From assembly GCA_964036045.1 (NCBI GenBank), contig OZ038378.1, positions 12,710,001 through 12,774,000 of the forward strand: a stretch of DNA of 64,000 nucleotides, given 5' to 3'. The notes under the pieces were generated by a model. That model ran no database searches. It had not been told where the DNA came from and saw only the letters and a program-made list of their open reading frames with translations. Both the position numbers and the translations under genes were made by a program. This DNA comes from Eutreptiella sp. 'Long Island Sound 2002' (Eukaryota > Protista > Euglenida). This document shows positions 22,407 to 37,495 of this stretch, piece by piece; position 1 is the first letter of the stretch; every line of letters starts with the position of its first letter.

Positions 22407-24179
22407 CTGATCAACAGAAGACGAGGCACAGCAATGCATTTGCACCCCGGTGCACCAAATTCAGAGTTTGTTGTCATCCCCCACATAGACCCACCCCCCC
22501 AATGGGGACTTGGGAATAATGCAGACACAAACCTGGGAGCCTGACCAGTGGCAGCAAGGCACCACAATGACAGGTGACCCCCCAATGCAGAACAGAAAGC
22601 ACATGGGAAATGAGCCAAAACTGCAACAGGAGGAGGAATATGCAAGGACACGTGACAAGGGCGCGGCAGGGATGCATGAGTGGACCGGGATTTAGCTGCA
22701 CTGATTCGAGGTATGCGCCCCCGTGCCAGCATCAAATTCACATCAGGAAATTCATTCAGACGCGGCACCAGGAGGACTCAGGGGAACTGCGGACGCATAC
22801 AATTTTGCAAGGACAAATGTCACGAGCAATTGAAATGGCCACAGTAAATCCTTCACGGCCTCAGTCTTTTATTCAATGCCATGCACTGTTTGGCCCCGAA
22901 TACCGCCGATTTCTGCTCCAAACAGCTTCGGTCACCGACCTGCGGACTACTTCAACTGCTGTCGATTGCTGTGCACGTGGGTGACCAAGGTATGTAGAGG
23001 ACCGCATCCTTCACGGCCTTCCAGTAGCGTGCTATGGTGCAGGGCGTTTTTTGACACGGAAGGGGGGGGGGGGGCGCTACATGGGCCCTGGCCAACCCTC
23101 TACCCACTTGTGGTAGGCCCAAGAGAAACATATAATGAGAGAACGATCATTGGCGACGTGGCAACGGCACACAAATGAATGCATGAAATCTTGGGGAGGG
23201 CGTGGTGACCGACCACAGAGGCCTGCAGCCAACGGGCACCCCAGCGGCGTACTGCGGACCAGGCACGTGTATGCGCCGCAGCCATGGTGCCGCCCCCCAT
23301 CCCCACCTCCCCAACATAGAAACAGGCCTTTTAGGGAATTAACGCCGGGTATCGTTTGATATCTGTACAAAAAGGGGGCGGGGGAAGGGGAGGCCCAAAA
23401 AAATGGCAAACCTTTCTGTCTCCAATTTTGGGCCTCTTTCATGTCTCTCTTGTGGAAAAGTCGTTCTGGTGCGATGGTGGGTCGCACGGCAGTCTCAAGC
23501 TGAGCCCTGATGTGTGTGCGCATGTGTCCTCATCAGGTGCCGCTCCGCCCTGAGGGGCCGCATGCGGGAGATGCGATGGTGCAGTGGAAGGGGTCCTCTT
23601 CGGACCTGGGCCGGGGCACCATCGCTGCGACAGGCCGAGGGGAGCAGGCACGAAGCGGGACGGCCAAAAGAGGTGCGACACGCTGTCCACAAACTCGGGC
23701 CTCGCGCAGGGTCCCCCCCCCCCCCCCCCAGCGTACCAAACCATCCTTTCACCCACCCATCTCCTCCCCGTGAGGTAGCCCACACCTTGAGCAACAACCT
23801 GGACTGGGGTCCATGGCGTCAACGGCGATTTCGCAACAACACAAAAATGTGGATCCTTCAAGATCTGATCCATCGGATCATGCGTCAGTGCCCCTCATTT
23901 TTTGGTGCAGCGAATACCAGGCGGGCTCCACTCCTGATCCTGACCCTGCTCCGCCCTGACTCGTGTATCTTATCCGTTCCACTGCAACCCACCCGCAGGC
24001 ACACACCACCACATCCATCGGGAATGATAGCTGATGTCCTGCTTTGCAGGAAAGTGGAAGATCTTGGGCATTGTGCCCAGCAGACAATTGACGCCTTGCG
24101 TTGGGCGGTTGCACAAGAAGAAGCGTTTGCTGCAGCAGGAATGGAGAGGAATGCGAGGAGGAGGCAGCGGGAGGGTGGT

Positions 24180-24300
24180 ATGTACAATGCTGAAGTTTGC
24201 AATTATGGAAATCCTTGTGGTGCAGTGGGCAAAGAATGGCGCAAAGCCGAACAAAGTAAAGGCAATCCTGGAGATTATCTTGCCTTTGGCAAGGCACTAT
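24180..24300 (+). pseudogene. possible highly decayed Gypsy RT/connection fragment
   Basis: CTMLKFAIMEILVVQWAKNGAKPNKVKAILEIILP loosely resembles the KC.F...V.FLG....G..P...KV.AI motif. Confidence 0.2.
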
Positions 24301-26719
24301 TGATTGGATCGTGGACGTGATGCAGTGGGAGACTGTGTTTGTCTTTCTACCGTGCACAATGCCGAGTTACAAAACACCCCATGGCAGGTGTTTCGGCTTA
24401 GGCCCTGGAGCCTCGGCCCAGCCTCTGCCAGCATAGAGGAACAAGTGGTAGGTGGCTGGAAATTGACCCAGACAAGGCTTAATGAAAATGCACTTCCAAG
24501 CTCGATTTGGTCAGCAGGATAATTTGTTATTCATTCCCCTCAGATCTGAGAAACCGCCGTTTTTCGTTTTCAGCTTATAACAACCATACACTCAATGCAT
24601 AAACAGGCCTCTCCAACCGGCCCCACAAAACTTGTGCTCGAAACATTTGAAACATTCGAAAACTTCTTGATTTTGAGGGTAAAAAAGCGGGAATGTTGTA
24701 ACTGCGGGTAACTCAAAGGTGTAATTGTGCGTAAGCAAGGAAAGAAACCAATAAAATTGTTGACTTGTTACTTGGTCATGCCTCAGGCCAGTTCGGCTAG
24801 GCCAATCCTTGGACAGGGGGTTCGGTAGGATGAGCATGTGAAACTGGGCTCGTGCATGGTAAGATTGGCGACGGTTGGGTGACAGCTTGGGGGGGTCAAA
24901 ACTTTGGGCTCTAGGTAAAGCTTTGGGCAAGTGGGTTTGGAATGGCGTCTACAGATTTGTGGCAGGGTGACTGACTGGGTGACAGTTCGCGGTGTAAATG
25001 ACAAAATCCCCAACGTGCAAAACGGGCCTGACAGAGACAAACATAGCACGGGCTGCATCTATAGCCTGCATTGCATCCTTCAAAAAAGATGGAGGCACTT
25101 GGGGAAATCCCAACTGTGCAAAGGGTACTTCTTTGGACAAGGCATGCCTTATGATGCAGAAGTTGCAATATCCAGGGGTCCAATCACCTTGTTGGATTCC
25201 TGGGGGCATTCTGGGAGGGGGTTAAGGGCCTTGGACCGCCCACATTGAAAAACTTCTCATACTTGATTTGGGCTCGGGTTGGGGTCATCGAGCGGAACCA
25301 GTGAGGCTTTAAAACCCTGTTCAGCAAGTTGGTGGAACAGGTAAAATATCCAGGATGTTGGTGAAATCTACCCCTTTTAGAAACTAGCACCAAGCAGCAA
25401 GAACCATGTAGAAGGTATGTAGAAGCTATGCAAAGGGCAAACAAAGGGCAAGGGAATACAAACAGCACAGGGCTAATAGAGGGCGTGCAAAGGCCACAAA
25501 AGCAGACATAGGTTGCTCAAATACAGGCGCTGGGGGGCACCTTTCTGGGGAGTGCAGTGTTCATTCGCTGTTGCTGCCGTGTCCTGCCCACCACGCCGCA
25601 TCTCACGCACCAGTTCACAGTGCAGATGGCTTTGCACCTGACGGCGGTTGTGTGCATTACCCTTATGGGACCATGAGGTTCTGCTCCGTAAAGGCTGATG
25701 CTCGCTGCTATCCCTCATGCAATGCGCAGTCAGGCCGGAATGAAAGCACAGCCAGGACGACTGGTGAGGGAGGTGGAAGAGAAGAGGGCATCGGAGCCGC
25801 ACAGGCAACATTCTCAACACACACCTTCCCAACCAGCACTGAAACAGAATTGCATGAGTGTCCAACCCCAAATGATACTGATCCTGGCGGTCAACATAGA
25901 CTTTGCCTAAAAAGCAGTGCAGATGACACTCGAAGGACTCACTACCAAACATGCGTGTTGGCACATTTTCGCCTCGATTTCCAAAGAAGGTCGAAGCAGT
26001 TGGGATTTAATGGCAATACCGCGACAAAAATCGGACACAGCTGCCCTGTGTGCCTCAGCAGCATACCGTGTCACTGCAGTTTCATGGGGAATACTTGAGA
26101 CTTGGATTGCATGCTAAACACGGTGTCCCAACACAACAAAGGCACAACTACCACATGGGACAAAAACTGTGGCGCAATTGGGAAACACAAACAAGAGGTT
26201 TGTTGGTGGAAAGGTTTTTCATTGCACACTTGTGCGCAAAATATCCTGGTCCATCAGCAAGACTGGTCGAAATTCAATCTGTTTTTTGCATCCTAATTTA
26301 TGTGCACAAAGATACCCCGAGCCCTCGGAACTTGTGCAAAACATCAGGATTCGTATGCTACAACTTCTGTCCCAAAATGTGGAGAATGGCAGTGATGCAG
26401 GGAGGGAGAGCAAGATTTGCAATCTAATTGGCTGTACGGCACCGTTTTGTGGACCTCACATCTTTTGGGTTAAAAGCGGCCACTGGTGGCAAGCACCAGA
26501 AAAACTGCCTCCACCCACGGAGCATTGGCTCCACATGCTGTAGATGCTGCAGGGCTGGTAGTTGCGGGCAGTGAGCTGTTTGGGGGCAATCATGCAGGCA
26601 GACTTGTGCCTGGGTGCAGTGCTTGTGCCTCTGCATTGAGGGCTCTGGCTCCTGCCGGGGGGCTTGTATGTCTGCCGCGAGGGTTTGTGTCTTCCTATTG
26701 AGGAGTTGTGTCTTGTTGC

Positions 26720-26895
26720 CCCCCACAAGGAAGCACCCCCTCTGTGACGAAGCACAACCCCTTGACATGGAGGCGCAAATCGTTTTGCGTGGACGCACAG
26801 GCCCTCCTGGAGGAGGCGCACGCCCTCCGCATTGAGACACAACCCTCCTATGAAGAGGCACAAGCCCTCTGTGAGGAGACACAACCGCTCTAGCA
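26720..26895 (+). repeat. degenerate 21-bp minisatellite
   Basis: Units like GAGGAGGCACAACCCTCCTGT, reading as heptads EEAHALR/IETQPSY/EEAQALC/EETQPL. Confidence 0.55.
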
Positions 26896-28137
26896 TGGGA
26901 GCACAGGCAGTGCGGAGGGTGCAGGCAAAAGCCTAGCCCTGCCACATGGGGATGCCAGCCTGTGACAACAAGCCCCCCCAAGAAGGGCACCGACCCTTCA
27001 AAAAGGCCACCGGCCAATGGTATGAGGGCGTCCTCTGCCAGTGCTCTCAAGGCTGACTAGAGAGCGCCTGACCCTTTGCACATATTAAGCCAAAAAAGGC
27101 ACGCAAAGCACAGGGTATGAGGCCGCAGGTGAGGGACAGGGGGGAGAAAGGGGAGTGGGGAGAGGGAGGGAGGAAAGGACAGAGGGCAATATCCTTCAAG
27201 GCAACCCAGACAGTAGTGTTGTCACCTGTGTGGCCTCACCGCTGTAGTTCTGATGCCCCATTCGCACAGCACTCCTAAGCCCAGAACTGAGCGCCAAAGA
27301 CTAGGGTATTTCATGGCACGGAAATCTGATCGCACCAATTGAGGACACATTGTCTCTTGGGGGGAATAGAGACAACCCATTAGGACCTTCACCTCATCAG
27401 CCTGGATGCGATCCCAGAGATTGTGGAGGACCTCCCCTAGAGGGACACCTCACAGGTTCGAACAAAGTAGGGTGCCTGGTCCAACTTGTTCGGCAATTAC
27501 ACACAGTGGGCAAACTGTAGATCCACTGTCCGACGAAAACCCGTTTTACGCGGTGTACTGGGGAACCAGCACAGCACAGCACAGCACGGCACTGGACAGC
27601 AGTGCATAGCTAGAAGAACTGACACTCATCTCGCCTGTGTGCAATGTTGCGTACAATGGGATCTGGACTACTACGACTACACAAGAATTACTGGTGCCGC
27701 CAAAACGCGCCCTGTGTGCTACTTGTGGTCAACCATACCGAGGGCAAAGGTACACAATCTGGGATGACCAGCCCAGATGGCTTCTTAATGTCCGCATCCC
27801 CACAATCCGATGTACAAGCTTCGCCTTCCGTGTATATATATGTATATATCCTTCTCCGTGCTTCAGAAAAAGCACATGTCCCTGTGCTTGTTCCCAAGAG
27901 CCATGTGCGGCTACTGCCTTTTACAAAAGCTGGCGGGGAGACTAAGCTCCATCAAGGCCGGCCTGGGGCTTGTGACCGGCAAAAAAGGCGAGGCCGGAAA
28001 TCGATTATCTTCAGAGACTCCAGTGGTGGTGTCCTTAACATTGGGGCCATTCTACACGATGGTCCCAACAAAATAGGGAGGGGAGCACGGGGGGATTTAC
28101 GGAGGGGAGGGGGGCAGCACTGGAAGGCACAGGTTAC

Positions 28138-28258
28138 ACCCAAAATATCCTGGTCGTTCGTCGTTTCTGTCCATTGCTCCTTCAAAGTGTCTTGCATCAG
28201 GTCCGCAAGACGTCCCGCCTTCCCCATGTACGTGCCACTGTTGAAAAACCGCCACGGG
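28138..28258 (-). CDS. PLOD-type glycosyltransferase gene, exon 5 of those found (PWRFFNSGTYMGKAGRLADLMQDTLKEQWTETTNDQDIL)
   Basis: Acceptor TTTGTTTTGCAG|; FxNSG and DQ motifs of PLOD GT domains; phase 2 matches the previous exon (AG+C=Ser). The donor lies after 28140 or 28138. Confidence 0.85.
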
Positions 28259-28784
28259 CTGCAAAACAAAGGCACACCAGGTGTTCAACGCTGGGACGCT
28301 GCAGCACGGGCTAGCGTAAGGTGAATTGCCAACAGTTATTCTGCATCAACCACTGCCTCCACATGCTGTGTATATGCCCTTTGCCTGCCCTCTCGGGCCC
28401 ATGTCCCTAACCTGATTTGGGGGCTGACCTCTGATGCTTTGACAAAAAGCCAGCAACATGACATATCCCATCCGACCCAATACACGTATGTCAAACTGTG
28501 CTCATAACTATTGCACAAGCACTTTCCAGGCAGCATTTCATCGGAATCTTAACTCCTTGAAACGCCCCCTCCCCAGTGGAATTTTGGACCTGTGATCATT
28601 CCCCGATGCCCAAAAGGCAGGCGGAAGGCTTTCTCATCCGCTGCCCAAAGTCATACAAAGCCACCATGGGAGCTGCTGGCGGTAGGTTTACCCCCCACAC
28701 CACACACACTCACATACCAACCTCTCCCCTTCACCCCATGTGGGGCTCTTCGATGTGTGGATCCTGGACATTGTGGAGCAGGGG

Positions 28785-29120
28785 CAGGGCGGTCCTTAAG
28801 AGAGAAAAAAAAAGTTCCGAAACGGCAGTTTTGGAAAAAGACCGCGTGTAGCTCACATGTTCAACCATGGTTGGTGGCGATTGGCGGTTGGTGGCGATTG
28901 GCGATTGGCGATTGGCGGTTGGCGGTTGGTGGCGGTTGGTGGTTGGTGATTGGTGGTTGGTGATTGGTGGTTGGTGGCGGTTAGCAGTGGTTGGCGGTTG
29001 GCGGTTGGTCGCGTTAGCGGTGGGCGGCGGTTGGCGGTTGGCGGCTGGTGATTCGCGGTTGGTGGTCCCTAGGGGCGGTCCTTAGCCAAAAAGAAATTGC
29101 GTTCCTTAAGAACCGCCCTG
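28785..29120. mobile_element. hAT-type MITE (336 bp)
   Basis: 16-bp TIR CAGGGCGGTCCTTAAG / CTTAAGAACCGCCCTG (1 mismatch); perfect 8-bp TSD AGCAGGGG at 28777-28784 and 29121-29128; interior (GGCGGTT/GGTGGTT)n. Confidence 0.9.
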
Positions 29121-29693
29121 AGCAGGGGCAGTCCATGCTACACTCTCCGCAGATGGACATGCCACTGACGAGGATGGCAGCCCACTCCCATTCAATAGGT
29201 TTCATGCAAATCCACTGCCTGTAGCTGCTTGCGCTGCTGGAACTTTACCGCCCGCAGCTGCGCGAGCGCATAGGTCCAATGCCTTGCTCTCGGGGGAACC
29301 GAGGGGAAATCGCTCCAAGGGCCATATGAGCCCCCTTTCCAAGACACCCTCGCCTGTTTGGGGTGGAGCTTTTGGGTTTGTGGCCAATTTCGACAGGAGT
29401 GGCTTTGTGTTTGAGGACACGTTGGTTCCCACTATCCGTGACAACGCGAAACCCAGGGAGTCACTGCAGGGGCTACAGTTACCCCCTTGTAATGGCACGC
29501 AGGGACAAACAACGCATGCATGGCTCTGAAGAACAAAATGACACCATGACCCGATCCCAGACCCTGAATGCCAACCACACCGCGGTTTGGATGGCGGTGC
29601 AGCACATAACCCGGGCCTTGCGGACTGACCCTCGCCCTCTGACGCACATACGCAGGTCCTTGCGGACCGGCTTTCAGCCTCTGATGCGCACAC

Positions 29694-29764
29694 CTGTGGG
29701 TGTAAGGGAAATGAGAGGGGCACTCCGTCACCCGGTTACCAAGCGCGCGAATGCTGCAGCAGCC
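29694..29764 (-). CDS. PLOD-type glycosyltransferase gene, exon 4 (GCCSIRALGNRVTECPSHFPYTH)
   Basis: Acceptor CTCTTCCCTTATTTGCAG|, donor |GTGTGC, 71 nt, phase 0 in and phase 2 out; joins FGAE to PWRFFNSG. Confidence 0.8.
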
Positions 29765-32280
29765 CTGCAAATAAGGGAAGAGGTGTGTAAAGGTCCATCA
29801 TCACTGTTAGACTGGCTTATCCCAGCACATTGGCAAGGCAAAGAACCAGGTAGTAGAAGATGTAGAAGCACTAGAGCGTGGCTAAGGTTTCTGACAAGGC
29901 TTGAGAGGAAACTTGGGAATTGGAGGAATGGTGCAAAAAGTGTATAATTTGCCTAGTGTGCTACCTTTTGGCAAATATCCCAGAGTATACTCACACAGTT
30001 ACCCTCCCTCCAGAGAAGCCCCAAAGCAAACCAGAGAATTGTCACCCTACCAAGAAGAAGACTTAACACAACACCAAATCTGCCAATTCAAATTGCACAA
30101 GAAATGTGACATTTATTGTGCTTAATAAACAGCTGTATTTCGCCCGCATTTCGCTCAAAATTGACAGCAAATGAGCTAAAAACAACTGTTTTGGCGTTGC
30201 ATCTGGTTTGGAATGGGTTTTGGAAGCACACATATAGAGAAGCTGTTAATACCTATCTACAACATTCTTGAGAATTCATGCTTTAGGCTTGTACTCATCG
30301 TAGAAATTGGAATATCATTCCCTGTTCCCTCTTTCCCTCTCTCTTTGAAATTTACCCATCACAGAATGCAAAGCGGACGGACAGTTGGCTTCCCCTGGGG
30401 CTCTACTGTGTGTTGCAAGTACCTCCATTGGTCCCCAATGCAGATTTCGGTTGTGGCTGGTGGTATCTCCCCCCCCCCCTCACTCATTGATGTTCCAAGT
30501 TTTAGGGACGGCTAGTGCACTTGGTGTGCATCGTCTTATGGGGCACAAGCGCCCCCAACTAGCTCTATCCTAGGCCCCATTCAAGAATAGCCCACCTTGG
30601 GACCAATATAGTGGTGATTATGTAAAATTATTTTGATGATCCTCACTTTGAAGACCCTGACACAATAGGAATTATACAGCCACTTTTGGTTCGGAACATT
30701 TAGCGTGGTAGACAAAATGCGTAAGGGCATGGTGCATTGCCCATGGTGCATTGTGAACACCCTTGCTCACCAGCTTGGTCCCATGCAGAGTGTTGATTAT
30801 CTATCAATGGTAGACTTGCAGACACACACTTTGAGGAAAACCATATATTCTGTCATTCCAACAACATCTAATGAACATGCTTACATCATAGACACTTTTG
30901 TGGGATGCCACCATGAACAGAATCGTCCTTCTGGTGCCAATGGTCATGTCAAGCCCAAAGCAAGGTTGTTGCACTACACACACACTACATATACATTTGG
31001 TAAAACCAACTAGATACGGCATCCTCTAAGCCACCCACCACCTATGTACAACACAGCAATGCAGCAAACAACCAGGTATGAAGTTCTGATGTCTCCAAAT
31101 ATGCAATCAGGCTCTCCACCCTTGCATGATCTCTTGATAGATATTTGGTCGTGCATCCGTGAGGCTGATATCAATGCCGGCCCGAGTATCGTTCATATTC
31201 AACCCACCAATCAGTTTTGTCATGCATGAACGAGGTGGCCTTACATGGCCGTCGTGTCATGAATGCACTAGTCATCATATGATTCCCCGCCATCATAATC
31301 CAATCTCACCAACAAAGCACAAGAAAAGGTGAAAAAGGTGGCACAGATGGGGGAAAGGAGGTGAAAAGGGGTTGAAGGTGTGAATGGGGTGCACTATGCA
31401 CCTGCAATGTGGTTGCATAAGGATTGCTTGTCAATCGTGTTGGCCAAACCCCTCAATAACCACCTAACAACCCTTGTATAGCGCCCTCCCACACATATTC
31501 CCATAGATGGATGCCCATAGAATCAATAATCAATAGAATCAAACTGACTTTTCATCCAAGAAACCGAGTAGTTTGTGGAAAAGCCCAAAACTTAGGGTTT
31601 GGACACTGCATGCGCATTTCCCAAGTTCAGCCAAGCCTGACCTTTGACAACGAAGTGTGGCCGAAGGCAAGGAGGGGGAGGGGGTATTCAGCATCCCTAG
31701 ACCAAGGATGCACTCCCAAAATGGGCCCGCTTTTGTTGCATAGTGACAGTGGTGGTGGTGTGGCAAATGTGGCAGTAGGACTCAGTACACAAACACAGAG
31801 CATCTGGGGCAAAGCAGCACAATGGCCCAAACCCAGGCAAGTCCTTCAAAAGGGGTGAAATCCAGCTTTCCAGGCGTCTATGACTTGATGCATTCTGCAC
31901 TACTACTGTGACTATGACCACTTGCCCTCGCTACAAAGCCCTTCCAGTCATCCAATGACCCATTTCACAACAATTTCAAAACCAGAAAGGGGGTTTTAGC
32001 GCTGGTGGAGTGATCTACTCATCAACGGTGTTTCATCTTGGTGTGTCCCTGCTGGTTTGGTGGTGTCATTGTCGTTGTCGGTGGGGAGAGGGGGGGGGGG
32101 GTCTGTGCTGGCTTTCAGGGATTAGAGAGCACAAACAGACATTAGATTCGCTGCCGTTTGCCTGTGTCTCACCTCAAACCCATGAACGAAATGAAATCCC
32201 TCAGTTCACCAGGGACGGCAGTGCATAAATACACATGCGCCTGGGCACAAATACAAAGGGCAGGGAGGCTGATCCAGCAC

Positions 32281-32424
32281 CTCTGCACCAAAAACAGCAT
32301 CAAGCTCAAGAGCTGCGAATGCTCCCCAAATGCATGATAGATTGGCGTTGAACAGAACGTCCATCCCGTCCACAAATAATACATACTCGTCCCTGGGGAT
32401 GGTGGACATGATGTTTGCGGCCAT
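32281..32424 (-). CDS. PLOD-type glycosyltransferase gene, exon 3 (MAANIMSTIPRDEYVLFVDGMDVLF...VFGAE)
   Basis: Acceptor CTCTTCGCTTTTCTTCAG|, donor |GTGCTG, 144 nt; DxD-type FVDGMD and FGAE motifs. Confidence 0.9.
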
Positions 32425-33384
32425 CTGAAGAAAAGCGAAGAGAAGAGCTACTGCAACACTGATTTGGAGATCCAGTGTGTCACCCTGTGGAAGCTCCGGC
32501 AAATTTTTGCACAACAGAGGTTGGATGCGGATGTTGTAACTAGCTTTTAGGCTGATTTCTTGCAATTTTGGCATCGTGGCATGTGACTCAGCGGGACCCA
32601 CCGAATGAGTCACTTAGTAAGGCTTCACCACACAGTTCAATTAAAGCGCTTGGACATTATTTCAAGCGCCCCAATCCCGGGTCCTAAACAACGCCTAGAA
32701 TAGTCAATGTAGGTTCGTCATTGTTCAACCCTTGGAAGTTTCCACCTTCATTCCAGGTGACACGACCCCGCAGACAACAAAGTATTATAACTACGCCAGC
32801 ATCGGCAAGCCGGCAAGGCAAGCTTCCTCAAGCGACACCGCATGCCTTGCTTTTGTGGTTTGTGTTTGAAGGGGGCCTATCACCGGTGTCCGAACACTGC
32901 ATTTTGTGGTGCTTGGGAGACCATGAAGACCAAGAAGGAGTAGACAATCATGAACTTGTCCCGACACGTGCTTGAATCTATGTTGTATTGCCTGATGTGT
33001 TTCGTGAATTGCATTATCATAATGTTGAGTTAAAGGGTGAGACTTGCATTTTTAAAATCTCCACGTCATACTGCATTAATGGCAACAAAACAATGTGGAG
33101 AAATGAAGGGAACAAGGGACGTAAGCAAAAAACGAGTCATTAGCTGGATTTGCAGATTCCAGGTAGAACAGTCCAACATTTCGTAGCCGTATAGCCTCGC
33201 CAACGTTTCAACGGGCAGTGGGACTTGGTTCTTTTGGATTTCCCAGATTCAAAATAGGGGGGGTGGGGTATGTTCACCCCCCAATGTGGTGCCAATCAGG
33301 GGGCGGCCGAGCCGACTTTCCCAAAAATTGTCAGCTAGTTCAACAAACAGGGGGTAGTAGCCCCCCCCCCCCCCCATCAAACAC

Positions 33385-33386
<2 letters not shown>

Positions 33387-33461
<75 letters not shown>
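33387..33461. repeat. (TA)n microsatellite; further long tracts at about 33842-34024, 34524-34730 and 35081-35207
   Basis: Pure dinucleotide runs that separate the copies of a repeat family. Confidence 0.95.
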
Positions 33462-33464
<3 letters not shown>

Positions 33465-33783
33465 TCCAATCTACACCCCTCTCCCAATTCTAGGTGGCTC
33501 CACCACACGGCTCTAAGGTACGTGCGAAGGGCACAAAGTGGTGCATACATGTGGTTGAAGGGGCTAAACTCGGTCAATACGGGCTCAAAATGGGCTCAAA
33601 ACACTTGTTTGAGCATCCCAAATGGTCCGGCAAACGGCTGCTACACTCCACGTGCGGCTTGACTTTCTCGTGACCAAGGGAACTTTGGTGCCCTCTAACT
33701 CCACGATATGTCCGAGGAACGGCCCAAAAAGGCGCCAAAAAGCCCCAAAAACTGCGCAATGTGCACCAGCACCCCGAAACCAC
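33462..33783. mobile_element. (TA)n-associated element, copy 1 (rearranged fragment)
   Basis: Starts with the family 5' end (TCCTCCAATCTACACCCCTCTCCC), then from about 33630 matches the reverse complement of the family interior; followed by (TACCCATATA)n. Confidence 0.75.
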
Positions 33784-33839
33784 CCATATATACCCATATA
33801 TATACCCATATATACCCATATATACCCATATATATAGAC

Positions 33840-34024
<185 letters not shown>

Positions 34025-34519
34025 CCCTAACCTGGCAGTGGGATACGTGGAGTCAGGGGTGGTGGGCAATTACGAGTACGCAGATGGCAATGGATTCCGT
34101 GGGGTCACGGGTGATGGACGTCTCCACGGTGGCGGGGGTACGCGAACGACGGAGGGTCCGCTCTTGCTTCGCCGCATGCGTGCTGCTTTGTTCCTTGGTT
34201 GCCGCTTTGAGCCGGACAGAGAAGCCCTTGCTTTCTGCTTGTTGCGATGCTGCTGCGTTGCTGTGCCTTGCCCCCTTACCCCCGGCGAACAAACGGGCCA
34301 GCGTCCGTCGCCGTTGCTAATGCTAACGCTATGCAGTTGCCACCGCCCCCAAAGCCTGGTTGACCGGTATCCCCGGTCCTCTGGGTCCTCCGTCATGCTG
34401 TGGGCCACCTCAGGCAGCCCTGGGACCCACGGGATTGAGCGAGGCAGGAACCACCTGTCGGCGCGAGATGCCCGGTAACTCCATTAGACGGCATGATAAG
34501 TGGTTATGACTATGACTAT

Positions 34520-36253
<1,734 letters not shown>

Positions 36254-36274
36254 ATATATATATATATATATATA

Positions 36275-37483
36275 TCCTCCAATCTACACCCCTCTCCCAA
36301 CTCTAGGTGGCTCCACCACACGGCTCTAAGGTACGTGCGAAGGGCACAAAGTGGTGCATACATGTGGTGGAAGGGGCTAAACTGCGTCAAAACGGGCTCA
36401 AAACGGGCTAAAAACACTTGTTTGAGCATCTCAAATGGTCCGGGATCACTTTTGGAAAAACGCGTTTTTGACCCATTTTTGACCCCTTTTTGGTCCCAAA
36501 ATGGCCCATTTTCAAGGCATTTTGGGATTTTCCATGAGCCAAAACACGTCACCACGGGCTCAAAATGGGCTAAAACCACTTGTTTGAGCATCATAAATGG
36601 TCCAGGATCACTTTTGGAAAAACGCGTTTTTGACCCACTTTTGACGCATTGTTGGTCCCGAAACGGCCCATTTTCAAGGCATTTTGGGATTTTCCATGGC
36701 CCAAAACGCGCCACCACGGGCTCAAAACGGCCTAAAAACACTTGTTTGAGCATCCCAAGCCGTCTAGGAACAACTTTGGAAAAAAATCATTTTTTTTCGC
36801 CCCGGGGACCCTGGTGGACCCACCGTTGGCCCCCACTGTGCGTGGGCTTGCCGGCCCTCCGGCTGCACCAAGTGACCGCTGGTACGGGGATCTACGTGTC
36901 TCGTTGGGCGATTATGAGGCTTGGAAACCATAAAAAGTGGGGGGCTGCGGGTGGACTAGGTGCCCTCGGAATTCGTTTTTGAGCCACGTAGCCCAAGATA
37001 CGGCCCGTTCTTGGTTTCGGGGTGCTGGTGCACATTGCGCAGTTTTTGGAGCTTTTTGGCGCCTTTTTGGGCCATTTCTCGGACATATGGTGGAGTTAGA
37101 GGGCGCCAAAGGTCCCTTGGTCACGAGAAAGTCAAGCCGCACGTGCAATGTAGCGGCCGTTTGCCTTCGTTTGGCTGTTTTGAACCCTTACTAGGGCTGT
37201 TTTGGGCGAAAAATGGCTGTTTTTGGCCCAAAGTTGCACAGATTTGGGAGGGCACCTCCCGACTTGGCGCACCCGCCCCGGGCCGCCACCGGTGAGTTTC
37301 TGGCTCAAAACTTGGATTTGGCAAGGCCACCACCTAGGCTCTAGGATGGCTAAAGTAGAGTCAAGCCCGAGGCGTTGGGAAGGTCCAATGGCCAAAACGG
37401 AACGGTGACGTGCTTGTTGTTGTTGTTGTTGTTGTTGTTGTTGCTTGTTGCTTGTTAGCTAAATTTAAGGGGAGAGGGGTGTA
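36275..37483 (+). mobile_element. (TA)n-associated element, copy 4 (about 1.2 kb)
   Basis: Same ends as copy 3; the internal unit recurs at 36415, 36577 and 36739 (162-bp period). Confidence 0.85.
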
Positions 37484-37495
37484 TATATATACATA

